This document shows, one piece after another, positions 1 through 8,436 of a stretch of 13,953 bases of DNA. Position numbers and translations under genes: made by a program. A model generated the notes under the pieces. The model was given only the letters and a program-made list of their open reading frames with translations, was not told the DNA's origin and searched no databases. Location: contig JBBIIG010000087.1 of assembly GCA_037446635.1 (NCBI GenBank), positions 1 through 13,953 on the forward strand. Direction: 5' to 3'. Numbering within the stretch: position 1 is the first letter of the stretch; each line of letters begins with the position of its first letter. The DNA comes from a bacterium (GTDB lineage Bacteria > Zhuqueibacterota > Zhuqueibacteria > Oceanimicrobiales > Oceanimicrobiaceae).

Positions 1-45
1 AATTACATTGTTCCATTACTCCATAACTAAATATAACTAAATATC

Positions 46-789
46 CTACATCACCATGCCGCCATCGACGTGCAGCACCTGGCCGGTGATGTAATCGGCG
101 TCGGCGGAGGCGAGAAACGCCGCCAGCGCCGCCACGTCCGCCGGCGTTCCCAGCCGTCCCAGAGGAATAGCTTCGCGCAATTTTTGTTGCACGTCTTCGG
201 AAAGGCCGCTGGTCATATCGGTTTGAATATAACCGGGGGCAATCGCGTTCACCTGAATGTTGCGCGACGCCAACTCCCGCGCCACCGCTTTGGTCAAGCC
301 GATGATGCCGGCTTTGGAAGCCGAATAGTTGGCCTGGCCGGCGTTGCCCATCACTCCAACAACGGAAGTAATGTTGATGATTTTGCCCGCGCGCTGTTTC
401 ATCAGTGTTTTGGTTGCGGCGCGAATGCAGTTGTAGGTGCCTTTGAGATTGACATTGATGACTTCATCCCATTCGTCGTGGCTCATGCGCACCAGCAGGT
501 TGTCGCGGGCGATGCCGGCGTTATTGACTAAAATATCAATTTTCGTGAATTTATCAAGTGTTGTTTTGATCAGCGTTTCGGCCTGGGTAAAATCCGCGAC
601 GTTCACCGCCAACGCTAGTGACTCGCGGCGCAACTGCTCGATTTCCGCGGCGACTTTTTGCGCGCCATCTAAAGTTGTGGCAGCCACAACCACGTGCGCG
701 CCCTCCTGCGCCAGGCGCAGAGCGATGGCGCGGCCAATGCCGCGCGAGGCGCCGGTGACGATGGCGACTTTATCTGTCAATCTACTCAT
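46..789 (-). CDS. fabG: 3-oxoacyl-[ACP] reductase
   Basis: 247-aa SDR with TGASRGIG, NNAGI and YSASK motifs and a C-terminal YITGQVLHVDGG; follows fabD with an 8-nt overlap. Confidence 0.95.
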   Translation of the reverse strand: MSRLTDKVAIVTGASRGIGRAIALRLAQEGAHVVVAATTLDGAQKVAAEIEQLRRESLALAVNVADFTQAETLIKTTLDKFTKIDILVNNAGIARDNLLVRMSHDEWDEVINVNLKGTYNCIRAATKTLMKQRAGKIINITSVVGVMGNAGQANYSASKAGIIGLTKAVARELASRNIQVNAIAPGYIQTDMTSGLSEDVQQKLREAIPLGRLGTPADVAALAAFLASADADYITGQVLHVDGGMVM

Positions 790-1705
790 CGATATTTTGA
801 AAGCTTTCCAAATTATTTATCACCACGCACGACACTTCACTATTGATTCTTTTGCACAATCCCGCCAAAACATTCCCCGGTCCGACTTCATAAAATTTCG
901 ACACACCGTCTTTGATCATATTTTCGATAATCTCCACCCAACGCACCGGACTCGTAAGTTGAGAATACAGTTTCTGCCGAATATCTTCAGGTGCGGTCAC
1001 CGGCTGGGCGTTCACGTTCGTGTAAACCGGAATCGACGCTGGCTGTATTTCAACCTCGTTCAAAATTTCGCCCAATCCCGAAATCGCGTATTCCATCAAC
1101 GGCGAATGGAACGCGCCGCTCACCGGCAGCGGGATCGCGCGCTTGGCCCCGCGTTCTTTGGCCAACTCCATTGCGCGATGCACCCCGGCGACCGAACCGG
1201 AGATCACCAGTTGATTCGGCGAATTATAATTGGCGATTTGCACGACGCCGGCCGAACTCGCTTCTTCGCACACTTTTTTGAGATCAGCCGCTTCCAATCC
1301 GATGATCGCGGCCATCGCGCCGGGATTGATTTCGCCCGCCTTCTGCATCAGCTCGGCGCGCACCTTCACCACCCGCAGGGCGTCCTCAAACCTCAGAGCC
1401 CCGGCGGCATACAATGCGCTGTACTCACCCAAGCTGTGTCCAGCCGCCATCACCGGTTTGATATTCTTCTTGAATAATAAATCGGTAAGAATAACGCTGT
1501 GAACGAAAATCGCAGGTTGGGTAACGCGGGTTTGCTTGAGCTCCTCCTCCGGGCCGTCAAAGCAAATCTTCGCCAAATCAAATCCTAAAATTTGACGGGC
1601 GGCGTCAAACCGCTTGCGCGCTTCGGGAACGTGGTCGAAAAGATCTTTCGCCATCCCAACGAACTGGGAGCCCTGTCCGGGAAATATAAAAGCTGTTTTG
1701 TTGAT
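782..1705 (-). CDS. fabD: Malonyl-CoA:ACP transacylase (start extended beyond the ORF-track ATG at 1654, probably to ATC at 1703-1705)
   Basis: Catalytic GHSLGEY and VSGAFHS, plus ANYNSP and EVGPG. The conserved N-terminal AFIFPGQGSQ is encoded in frame upstream of ATG 1654; SD GGAG at 1714-1717 lies 8 nt before ATC. Confidence 0.93.
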   Translation of the reverse strand: MNKTAFIFPGQGSQFVGMAKDLFDHVPEARKRFDAARQILGFDLAKICFDGPEEELKQTRVTQPAIFVHSVILTDLLFKKNIKPVMAAGHSLGEYSALYAAGALRFEDALRVVKVRAELMQKAGEINPGAMAAIIGLEAADLKKVCEEASSAGVVQIANYNSPNQLVISGSVAGVHRAMELAKERGAKRAIPLPVSGAFHSPLMEYAISGLGEILNEVEIQPASIPVYTNVNAQPVTAPEDIRQKLYSQLTSPVRWVEIIENMIKDGVSKFYEVGPGNVLAGLCKRINSEVSCVVINNLESFQNIDE

Positions 1706-1726
1706 GTTCGTTTCTCCAGTAGTTGC

Positions 1727-2716
1727 TTACATGCGCACGGCCGCCGAGCCCCAGGTGAAGCCGCCGCCGAACGCCACCATCACACAAACGTCGCCGGGTT
1801 TCAGCAGACCTTTTTGGCGCGCCTCGTGCATAGCCACGGGAATCGAGGCGGCCGAGGTGTTGCCATAATTTTGTATGTTAATATAAACTTTTTCCGGGGG
1901 AAGTTTCATACGCTTGGCGGTGGCGTTGATGATGCGGGTGTTGGCCTGATGCGGGATCAGCAGTTTGATTTCTTCCGAGGTAAGTCCGGTTTTTTCGAGA
2001 ATGTGCTCGGCGGCATCGCCCATGGCGGTGACCGCGGCTTTGAAGACTTCCGGCCCCTCCATTTTGATGCAGTTGAGATTTTCAGCCAGCGCTACTTCCG
2101 CCGGAAAACGGGTGCCGCCGCCGGGCATCCACAGCAGGTGGGCGAGCCGGCCGTCGGTTTTGATAAATGACCCCAGCACGCCGCGGCCGTCGCCGTTGGC
2201 GGGCGTAAGCACGGCGGCGCCGGCGGCATCGCCAAAGAGCACACAGGTGCTGCGGTCTTTCCAATCGACGATGCGGGTGAGCAACTCGCAGCCAATAATC
2301 AAAACATGTTTGGCCTTGCCGATGGCGATTAATGAGTCCGCCAGGTGCAGAGCAAAAATAAACCCGGAACACGCCGCCTGAATATCGAAGCCGGCGGCGT
2401 TCACTGCGCCGATCTTTTCCTGAACGTAGCACGCCGTGGAGGGGAATCGCACGTCGCCGGTTACGGTTGCTTGAATGATTGTATCGATTTCTTCGGCCGG
2501 CATGTTGGCTTCTTTCAACGCTTGTAAAGCGGCGGCCGCGGAGAGATCGGAATTGTGGGTTTTGTCGTCCACGATGTGGCGAATTTCGATGCCGGTGCGC
2601 TCGCGGATCCATTGGTCGGTGGTATCCACCATCTTCTCCAAATCGGAGTTGCTGAGGGTTTTTTCCGGAATGGCTACGCCGGTGCCCGCGATCATCGAGT
2701 ATATTTTATTTGGCAT
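1727..2716 (-). CDS. fabH: 3-oxoacyl-[ACP] synthase III
   Basis: 329 aa; Cys-His-Asn triad in AACSGF, IPHQAN and YGNTSAAS; also WIRERTGI, LFGDAAGA and FGGGFTWG; SD GGAGG at 2726-2730. Confidence 0.96.
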   Translation of the reverse strand: MPNKIYSMIAGTGVAIPEKTLSNSDLEKMVDTTDQWIRERTGIEIRHIVDDKTHNSDLSAAAALQALKEANMPAEEIDTIIQATVTGDVRFPSTACYVQEKIGAVNAAGFDIQAACSGFIFALHLADSLIAIGKAKHVLIIGCELLTRIVDWKDRSTCVLFGDAAGAAVLTPANGDGRGVLGSFIKTDGRLAHLLWMPGGGTRFPAEVALAENLNCIKMEGPEVFKAAVTAMGDAAEHILEKTGLTSEEIKLLIPHQANTRIINATAKRMKLPPEKVYINIQNYGNTSAASIPVAMHEARQKGLLKPGDVCVMVAFGGGFTWGSAAVRM

Positions 2717-3734
2717 CCTGTTCTTCCTCCATCATGCCGACTAATTCGTTGCTGATTTTTTCGTTAACGCGCTGTTTGATCATGGTGGCCGCTTCTTTCA
2801 CGGCGTTTTTTATTGCTTTGGGAGTGGAGCTGCCGTGGCAGATAATGCAAGTTCCGTTGATGCCCAGCAGCGGCACGCCGCCGTATTCTTCATAATCATA
2901 AATTCGGCGCAGCCGTTCAAGCGTCGGCTTCAATAGAAACACGCCGATATTGGAAAACACTTTTTTGCCGATCTTGCGTTTGAGAGTTTTCGAATAGACG
3001 CCGTTGAAGCTTTCGGCAAATTTCAAAATCACGTTGCCGACGAAGCCTTCACAAACAATCACATCGACCTTGCCGTCCATCACGTCGCGGCCTTCGATGT
3101 TGCCGCAAAAATTTAAGCGGCTGTCCGCCAAAAGTTGATGCGCTTCCTGAAGAACGTCGGTTCCTTTCGAGGCCTCCTCGCCGATATTCAACAACCCTAC
3201 TCTCGGCGAGGGCAGTTTGTACATGTTTTTCATGTAGATGCTGCCCATAACGCCGAATTGCAGCAGGTGAATGGGCTTGCATTCCAGGTTGGCGCCAACA
3301 TCGATCAACAGAGTGATACCCAACCCGTGCCCGTACGGAATCAACGAGCCGATGGCCGGCCGCTTAACACCTTCGATTCTGCCTAAACTAAGAAACGCCG
3401 AAGTCATGGCGGCGCCGGTGTGGCCGGCGCTGATGACGGCGTCAACCTCGCCGCGTTTGTGCATGGCCATGGCCACCGCGATGGATGCATTCGGTTTTTG
3501 CTTTAAAGCCGCGGTAGGCGATTCATGCATCTCGATTTTTTGAGAGGCATGATGGATCGAAATTGGCAATTCATGGATTCGGAAATGGCGGGAAAGACAA
3601 GCTTGAATCTTCTGCTCATCCCCAACCAGCACCACCTCGTATTCCCCTTTCCCGGCTCTAACAGCCTCAACGCTTCCATGCACAATGGCGTCTGGGGCGT
3701 AATCTCCTCCCATGGCGTCAACAGCAATACGCAT
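2706..3734 (-). CDS. plsX: Phosphate acyltransferase PlsX
   Basis: MRIAVDAMGGDYAP N-terminus, SAGHTGA, DVGAN, LLNIGEEASKG and HGSS; ATG at 3732-3734 has SD GGAG at 3742-3745 (the ORF track starts 5 codons earlier at a GTG). Confidence 0.96.
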   Translation of the reverse strand: MRIAVDAMGGDYAPDAIVHGSVEAVRAGKGEYEVVLVGDEQKIQACLSRHFRIHELPISIHHASQKIEMHESPTAALKQKPNASIAVAMAMHKRGEVDAVISAGHTGAAMTSAFLSLGRIEGVKRPAIGSLIPYGHGLGITLLIDVGANLECKPIHLLQFGVMGSIYMKNMYKLPSPRVGLLNIGEEASKGTDVLQEAHQLLADSRLNFCGNIEGRDVMDGKVDVIVCEGFVGNVILKFAESFNGVYSKTLKRKIGKKVFSNIGVFLLKPTLERLRRIYDYEEYGGVPLLGINGTCIICHGSSTPKAIKNAVKEAATMIKQRVNEKISNELVGMMEEEQDAK

Positions 3735-3799
3735 GAGTTTTCTCCGCACTGAAGTACCCGTCCCCGACGCGAGTCCGCTCTTTTACAACAAAAATCAGA

Positions 3800-3982
3800 T
3801 TACGACTCTTTCGGAATAAATACGGAACGCCCGTCATAATATCCGCAGTTTGGGCATGCGCGATGCGGTAGCTTGGGTTGATGACAATGAGAACATTCAA
3901 CAACGGTTGGAGCGGATGCTTTCCAGTGTGTCCGTCTTTTATCTCTTCGTGACTTGGAATGACGTCGTTTTGGTAACGGCAA
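3800..3982 (-). CDS. rpmF: 50S ribosomal protein L32 (zinc-ribbon, C+ form)
   Basis: PKRRHSKSRRDKRR, two CxxC motifs and CGYY; TTG start with SD AAGGAG; canonical yceD-rpmF-plsX order. Confidence 0.96.
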   Translation of the reverse strand: MPLPKRRHSKSRRDKRRTHWKASAPTVVECSHCHQPKLPHRACPNCGYYDGRSVFIPKES

Positions 3983-4008
3983 TGTTGTCTCCTTAATGAT
4001 TGAATAAA

Positions 4009-4509
4009 TTAGCTTAGCAATTTTTTCAACTCAGCCCAGCGCGTATCAAAAGTTTCTTGAACACACCTACAACGTTCTTCATTTAAATTTACGCCGCAGG
4101 TGGGGCAGAGGCCTTTACAATTCTCAGAACACAAGTGCTTCATCGGCACGGCCAGCAACACCGATTCCCGCACACCAGCGCTTAAATCGATCTCCCGGGT
4201 GTGGGCGCTAATCAACTGCACCAGCTCGTTGTCGTCGCTGTCGAGATACGTTTGATCGGTGGTGAACAACACCGTAAAGCGTTCGTCAATAGGGCGGCTG
4301 AAATCACACAGGCAGCGGTCGCAGACATAATTGGCAATGGTCCTGGCTCGGCTGAAAACCACGATATCGGTTTTACGTTTATCGACGTTGCTTTCGACTT
4401 TCACCGCGTGGGCAAACATCTCCACGTCTTCGATATCAAGCTCAACGCTGGTTTTTTCAAACTCAAAGAAGTATTGCCCATCCTTGAGATTCTGTATATT
4501 GATTTTCAT
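4009..4509 (-). CDS. yceD: DUF177/YceD family metal-binding protein
   Basis: CDRCL, LAVPMKHLCSENCKGLCPTCGVNLN and DTRWAELKKL; sits upstream of rpmF. Start is ATG 4509 or TTG 4521. Confidence 0.9.
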   Translation of the reverse strand: MKINIQNLKDGQYFFEFEKTSVELDIEDVEMFAHAVKVESNVDKRKTDIVVFSRARTIANYVCDRCLCDFSRPIDERFTVLFTTDQTYLDSDDNELVQLISAHTREIDLSAGVRESVLLAVPMKHLCSENCKGLCPTCGVNLNEERCRCVQETFDTRWAELKKLLS

Positions 4510-4538
4510 TCGTACTGCCAACCGTTATTTAAGGGCGC

Positions 4539-4567
4539 AATTTAAATAATAAATGCTGAATAGTCAA
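4539..4567 (-). promoter_or_regulatory. Sigma70-type promoter for the yceD-rpmF-plsX-fab operon
   Basis: Minus strand reads TTGACT-17 nt-TAAATT in the ndk/yceD gap. Confidence 0.65.
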
Positions 4568-4575
4568 GTTTAAAT

Positions 4576-5001
4576 TTATTGCCTGGTTTCCACTAACTCT
4601 TTTTCAGAAAAGAAGAAAGCGATTTCGATTTTGGCGTTTTCAACCGAGTCCGAGCCGTGCACAATATTGTTTTGCTTGCTCTCCGCGAAGTCTTTGCGCA
4701 CAGTTCCGGGATCGGCTTGCGCCGGATCCGTTGCGCCAATCAGCTTGCGGAAATCGGCCACGGCGTTGGTTTTCTGCAAAACCATCGGCACGGCGTTGCC
4801 GGAACTCATGAAAGCGACCAAATCTTTATAAAACGGCCGCTCTTTGTGCACCGCATAAAATTCGCCCGCCGTGGCTGGCGTCAATCGCACCAGTTTCATG
4901 CCAATGATTTTGAAGCCGGCGCCTTCAATCCGGTCAATCACTTTGCCCATCAGATTTCGGTTCACACAATCGGGTTTAAGAATCGCTAAAGTTCGCTCCA
5001 C
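4576..5001 (-). CDS. ndk: Nucleoside-diphosphate kinase
   Basis: [27 protein letters not shown] and catalytic [11 protein letters not shown] start with SD GAGGAG. Confidence 0.97.
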   Translation of the reverse strand: MERTLAILKPDCVNRNLMGKVIDRIEGAGFKIIGMKLVRLTPATAGEFYAVHKERPFYKDLVAFMSSGNAVPMVLQKTNAVADFRKLIGATDPAQADPGTVRKDFAESKQNNIVHGSDSVENAKIEIAFFFSEKELVETRQ

Positions 5002-5078
5002 AAACGTCTCCTCTTAGTTTATTAGTCTGACTCCATCATGCAATTTTTTTTCATAAAAAAAACTCTACGTGTTTTCAA

Positions 5079-5155
5079 GTGGATTAATGGATTGTTGGAT
5101 TGATGGATTAATGAAAGTCGAAAAACATTGATCCATTTGATCCATCAATCAACAG
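5079..5155. repeat. 8-nt period repeat (consensus ATGGATTR) with an inverted complementary arm forming a hairpin
   Basis: GTGGATTA ATGGATTG TTGGATTG ATGGATTA ATG, 12-nt spacer, then CATTGATCCATTTGATCCATCAATCAAC; the core recurs at 11771-11806. Confidence 0.75.
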
Positions 5156-5206
5156 CAGATAATGAATACCAATCCCGACCGGGGTCGTAAAGCTTGAACT
5201 CATCGT

Positions 5207-6079
5207 TTACTTCAGCAGCTTTTTCATCGTGGCGCCAATCACGGCCGGGCTCTCGGCTACGTGCACACCCGCGTTCTGGAGAATCTCGATTTTCTCCTGC
5301 GCCGTGCCTTCGCTGCCGGAGATGATTGCGCCAGCGTGGCCCATCCGTCGTCCCGGCGGCGCAGTGCGACCGGCCACAAACGCCACCACCGGCCGATCAA
5401 AATTCTCTTTGATGTAAGCCGCCGCCTCCTGTTCCGCCGTGCCGCCGATTTCACCGATTAAAACCACGCCCTTCGTTTCAGGATCATCTTTGAACAGCTT
5501 CAGCGCGTCGGTAAACGTGGTGCCGATGATCGGGTCGCCGCCAATGCCAATGCAAGTGGACTGCCCGACGCCGAGATCGCTGAGCTGCTTCACGGCTTCG
5601 TACGTCAGGGTGCCGCTGCGGGAGATCACCCCCACGTTTCCTTCTTTATGAATAAACCCCGGCATGATGCCAATTTTGCATTTTCCCGGCGAAATGATGC
5701 CCGGACAATTCGGGCCAATCAACCGCGTGCTGCGAGTTTTGAGATAATTGGCGACGTTCAACATATCCATCACCGGGATGCCCTCGGTGATGCACACCAC
5801 CAGCGCGATGCCGGCGTCCGCGGCCTCCATGATGGCATCGGCGGCAAACGCCGGCGGCACAAACACCACCGAAACATTCGCGCCTTCTTTTCTGACGGCC
5901 TCCGCTACCGCATCGAACACCGGGACTTTGTCTTCGAATTTCTGTCCGCCTTTTCCGGGCACCACGCCCGCAACCACGTTCGTGCCGTATTCCATCATTT
6001 GTTTCGCATGAAAAGAACCCTCGCCACCGGTGATACCCTGCACCACCAGCCGGGTGTTTTTGTCAACTAAGATACTCAA
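5207..6079 (-). CDS. sucD: Succinyl-CoA synthetase alpha subunit
   Basis: [28 protein letters not shown] and the phospho-His motif [12 protein letters not shown] start with SD AAGGAG. Confidence 0.97.
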   Translation of the reverse strand: MSILVDKNTRLVVQGITGGEGSFHAKQMMEYGTNVVAGVVPGKGGQKFEDKVPVFDAVAEAVRKEGANVSVVFVPPAFAADAIMEAADAGIALVVCITEGIPVMDMLNVANYLKTRSTRLIGPNCPGIISPGKCKIGIMPGFIHKEGNVGVISRSGTLTYEAVKQLSDLGVGQSTCIGIGGDPIIGTTFTDALKLFKDDPETKGVVLIGEIGGTAEQEAAAYIKENFDRPVVAFVAGRTAPPGRRMGHAGAIISGSEGTAQEKIEILQNAGVHVAESPAVIGATMKKLLK

Positions 6080-6103
6080 TTGAAAATCTCCTTTTGAAGT
6101 GTT

Positions 6104-6144
6104 AAGGTTTAATAAACCTTGAGGTTTAGTAAACTCGTAGGTTA
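6104..6144. repeat. Tandem 17-nt palindromic repeat (REP-like) in the sucC-sucD gap
   Basis: AAGGTTTA-A-TAAACCTT (perfect 8-bp arms), then GAGGTTTAGTAAACTCG, then TAGGTTA. Confidence 0.55.
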
Positions 6145-7299
6145 CCGAATCGCGGCCACAATCTTCCGCGCCGCTTCTTCAAACGTGCGACCCACCTCGA
6201 ACGCCATGCCGGATTCTTCCAGCAGCTGTGCGGCTTCCTCGGCGTTGGTGCCTTCGAGGCGCACCACCACCGGCACATTGATTTTCATTTTACCAGCCGC
6301 TTCAATCACCCCTTTGGCGACGCGGTCGCAGCGCACGATGCCGCCAAAAATGTTAATCAAAACCCCTTTCACATTTTTATCCGAAAGCAAAATTTTGAAG
6401 CCATTTTCGACGGTTTCCGGATTGGCGCCGCCGCCAACATCTAAAAAGTTTGCCGGCGCTGAGCCGGCCAATTTGATCATGTCCATCGTCGCCATCGCCA
6501 GGCCTGCGCCGTTAACCATGCAACCCACTTCACCGTCTAACTTTATGTAATTGAGATTGTATTTCGAGGCCTCGACCTCGAGGGGTTCTTCTTCATTCAC
6601 ATCGCGCAGGGGCACAAAATCCGGATGGCGAAACAGCGCGTTGTCGTCGAAATTGATTTTGGCGTCGAGGGCGAGCACCTGCCCGTCTTTGGTGACCACC
6701 AGCGGATTGATTTCCGCCAGCGAGCAGTCCGATTGGACGTAGGCGCGATAGAGCGCCGCAAAAAACTTCAGCGCATTTTTCACCTGATCACCCTTTAGTC
6801 CGAGGCCGAATGCCAACTTGCGCGCCTGAAACGGCTGAAATCCGACGGCAGGATCGATATATTCTTTCAAAATTTTCTCGGGCGTCTCCGCGGCGACTTT
6901 CTCAATTTCCACGCCGCCCTCGGTGCTGGCCATGAAGACGAGTTGTTTTTTCGCGCGATCCAGCACAATTCCCAAGTAGAGTTCTCGCTCAATCGCCAAG
7001 CCCTCTTCCACCAAAACTTGGTGAACCTCTTTGCCCTGCGGTCCAGTTTGGTGGGTGACCAGCTTCATCCCCAACATTGCTTTGGCGATTTTTTCGGCTT
7101 CTTCGGGAGACTTCGCCAGTTTCACCCCGCCGCCTTTGCCGCGGCCGCCGGCGTGAATTTGCGCTTTCACCACCACCGTGCCGCCCAACTCGGCGGCGAT
7201 TTTCTTCGCCTCAGCGGCGGTGGTGGCCAGGCTTCCCCGCGGAACGGCCACACCGAATTTTTTTAAAATTTCTTTGGCTTGGTATTCGTGAATTTTCAA
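6142..7299 (-). CDS. sucC: Succinyl-CoA synthetase beta subunit
   Basis: [49 protein letters not shown] and [13 protein letters not shown] start with SD AGGAGG. Confidence 0.97.
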   Translation of the reverse strand: MKIHEYQAKEILKKFGVAVPRGSLATTAAEAKKIAAELGGTVVVKAQIHAGGRGKGGGVKLAKSPEEAEKIAKAMLGMKLVTHQTGPQGKEVHQVLVEEGLAIERELYLGIVLDRAKKQLVFMASTEGGVEIEKVAAETPEKILKEYIDPAVGFQPFQARKLAFGLGLKGDQVKNALKFFAALYRAYVQSDCSLAEINPLVVTKDGQVLALDAKINFDDNALFRHPDFVPLRDVNEEEPLEVEASKYNLNYIKLDGEVGCMVNGAGLAMATMDMIKLAGSAPANFLDVGGGANPETVENGFKILLSDKNVKGVLINIFGGIVRCDRVAKGVIEAAGKMKINVPVVVRLEGTNAEEAAQLLEESGMAFEVGRTFEEAARKIVAAIR

Positions 7300-7330
7300 T
7301 GTTGCCTCCTAAAAATTAAGCTGAAAATTT

Positions 7331-7460
7331 CACCGCAGAGACCGCTGAGAACGCCGAGCTTTTTATATTCCAAACAATCGCCTGCCGGCAAGGCTCGGGC
7401 TGGCGGGCTTCTCTTACGTTTTAAGAATTTGCACTTTGAAATTTGTAATTTGCCTTTTCA
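7331..7460. repeat. Mosaic of short-period repeats and a GC-rich hairpin in the arcC-sucC gap
   Basis: 9-nt period CGCAGAGAC CGCTGAGAA CGCCGAG (7334-7358); hairpin GCCTGCCGGC/GCTGGCGGGC (7380-7408); 7-nt period AATTTGC ACTTTGA AATTTGT AATTTGC (7426-7453). Confidence 0.55.
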
Positions 7461-7461
7461 G

Positions 7462-8415
7462 TTATGCCGCGATGCGCGTCCCGGTTTTGCCCGCCAGCGC
7501 TTCGGACATGTTTTCGACTGAAGTGATAATCACTGATTTCCCGCCGCTTTCGATGAAATTAATCGCCGCCTGAATTTTGGGTCCCATGCTGCCTTTGGGA
7601 AATTGTCCTTCGGCGAGGTAACGTTTGGCCTCCGCGACGGTCAATTCATCCAATTGGATTTCATTGGGTTTGCGGTAGTTGAGCGCTACTTTGTCCACGG
7701 CGGTGAGGATATACAGTTCTTCGGCATCGATATCTCTGGCCAGCACCGCGGCCGCCAAATCTTTGTCGATGACCGCATCCACGCCTTCATAGGTGCCGTC
7801 CTCTTCGACGTAAACCGGAATCCCGCCGCCGCCGCAGCAAATCAGAATGATGTCGTCGTCAAGCAATTTTTTTATGACGTTCTTCTCCACAATATTCAGC
7901 GGGGTGGGCGACGGCACCACTCGGCGGTAGCCGCGACCGGGATCTTCTTTGACAATCCAGCCGCGCTCGCGGACGACTTTGTCAACGTCTTCTTTTTTAA
8001 TAAACGGGCCGACGAATTTTGTGGGGTTCAAAATCGAGGGATCGTTTTTATCAACGATAACTTGCGTGAGTATGGTTGCGACTTCGAGTTTAATGCCGGA
8101 ACGATGCAACTTGTTCTGTAAAGACTGCTCGATCATGTAGCCCATGCCGCCCTGCAAATCCGCCACCATCACGCCCAGCGGCAGCGGCGGCACCAAGTGG
8201 CGGGACTCTTCGACGCGAATCAAGTAGTTCCCAACTTGCGGGCCATTGCCGTGGGTGATGGCCACCCGGTAGCCCCCCTTTATCAATTCAAAAATGCCCA
8301 CCAGGCTGCGGCGGGTGTTAGCAAATTGTTGGGTGATGTTCCCTTCTTCGAATTCACGGGTGATGGAGTTGCCGCCTAAGGCAACTACCGCGACGGGACG
8401 ATTGGGTTTGCTCAT
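7462..8415 (-). CDS. arcC: Carbamate kinase
   Basis: VALGGNS, ITHGNGPQVG, NPTKFVGPF, YRRVVPSP, GGGGIPV, AVIDKD and GSMGPK: the full carbamate kinase motif set. Confidence 0.96.
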   Translation of the reverse strand: MSKPNRPVAVVALGGNSITREFEEGNITQQFANTRRSLVGIFELIKGGYRVAITHGNGPQVGNYLIRVEESRHLVPPLPLGVMVADLQGGMGYMIEQSLQNKLHRSGIKLEVATILTQVIVDKNDPSILNPTKFVGPFIKKEDVDKVVRERGWIVKEDPGRGYRRVVPSPTPLNIVEKNVIKKLLDDDIILICCGGGGIPVYVEEDGTYEGVDAVIDKDLAAAVLARDIDAEELYILTAVDKVALNYRKPNEIQLDELTVAEAKRYLAEGQFPKGSMGPKIQAAINFIESGGKSVIITSVENMSEALAGKTGTRIAA

Positions 8416-8436
8416 AAAAGAAGACGATCGGATCGC

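Noticed and set aside
23..44. 10-bp tandem duplication ATAACTAAAT x2 after the fabG stop
   Set aside because: Only two copies in AT-rich DNA; most likely replication slippage.
782..1654. fabD as an N-terminally truncated pseudogene
   Set aside because: The missing motif is intact and in frame upstream with an SD, the rest of the gene is undamaged, and fabD is normally essential.
5050..5078. TTGAAA-17-TATGAA as an ndk promoter (similarly TTGCCG-18-TATAAA at 7362-7391 for sucC)
   Set aside because: Both -10 hexamers lack the conserved final T; plausible but too weak to call.
8416..8436. No SD before arcC and a small palindrome CGATC-G-GATCG
   Set aside because: Too short to be significant; re-initiation after arcE is a sufficient explanation.
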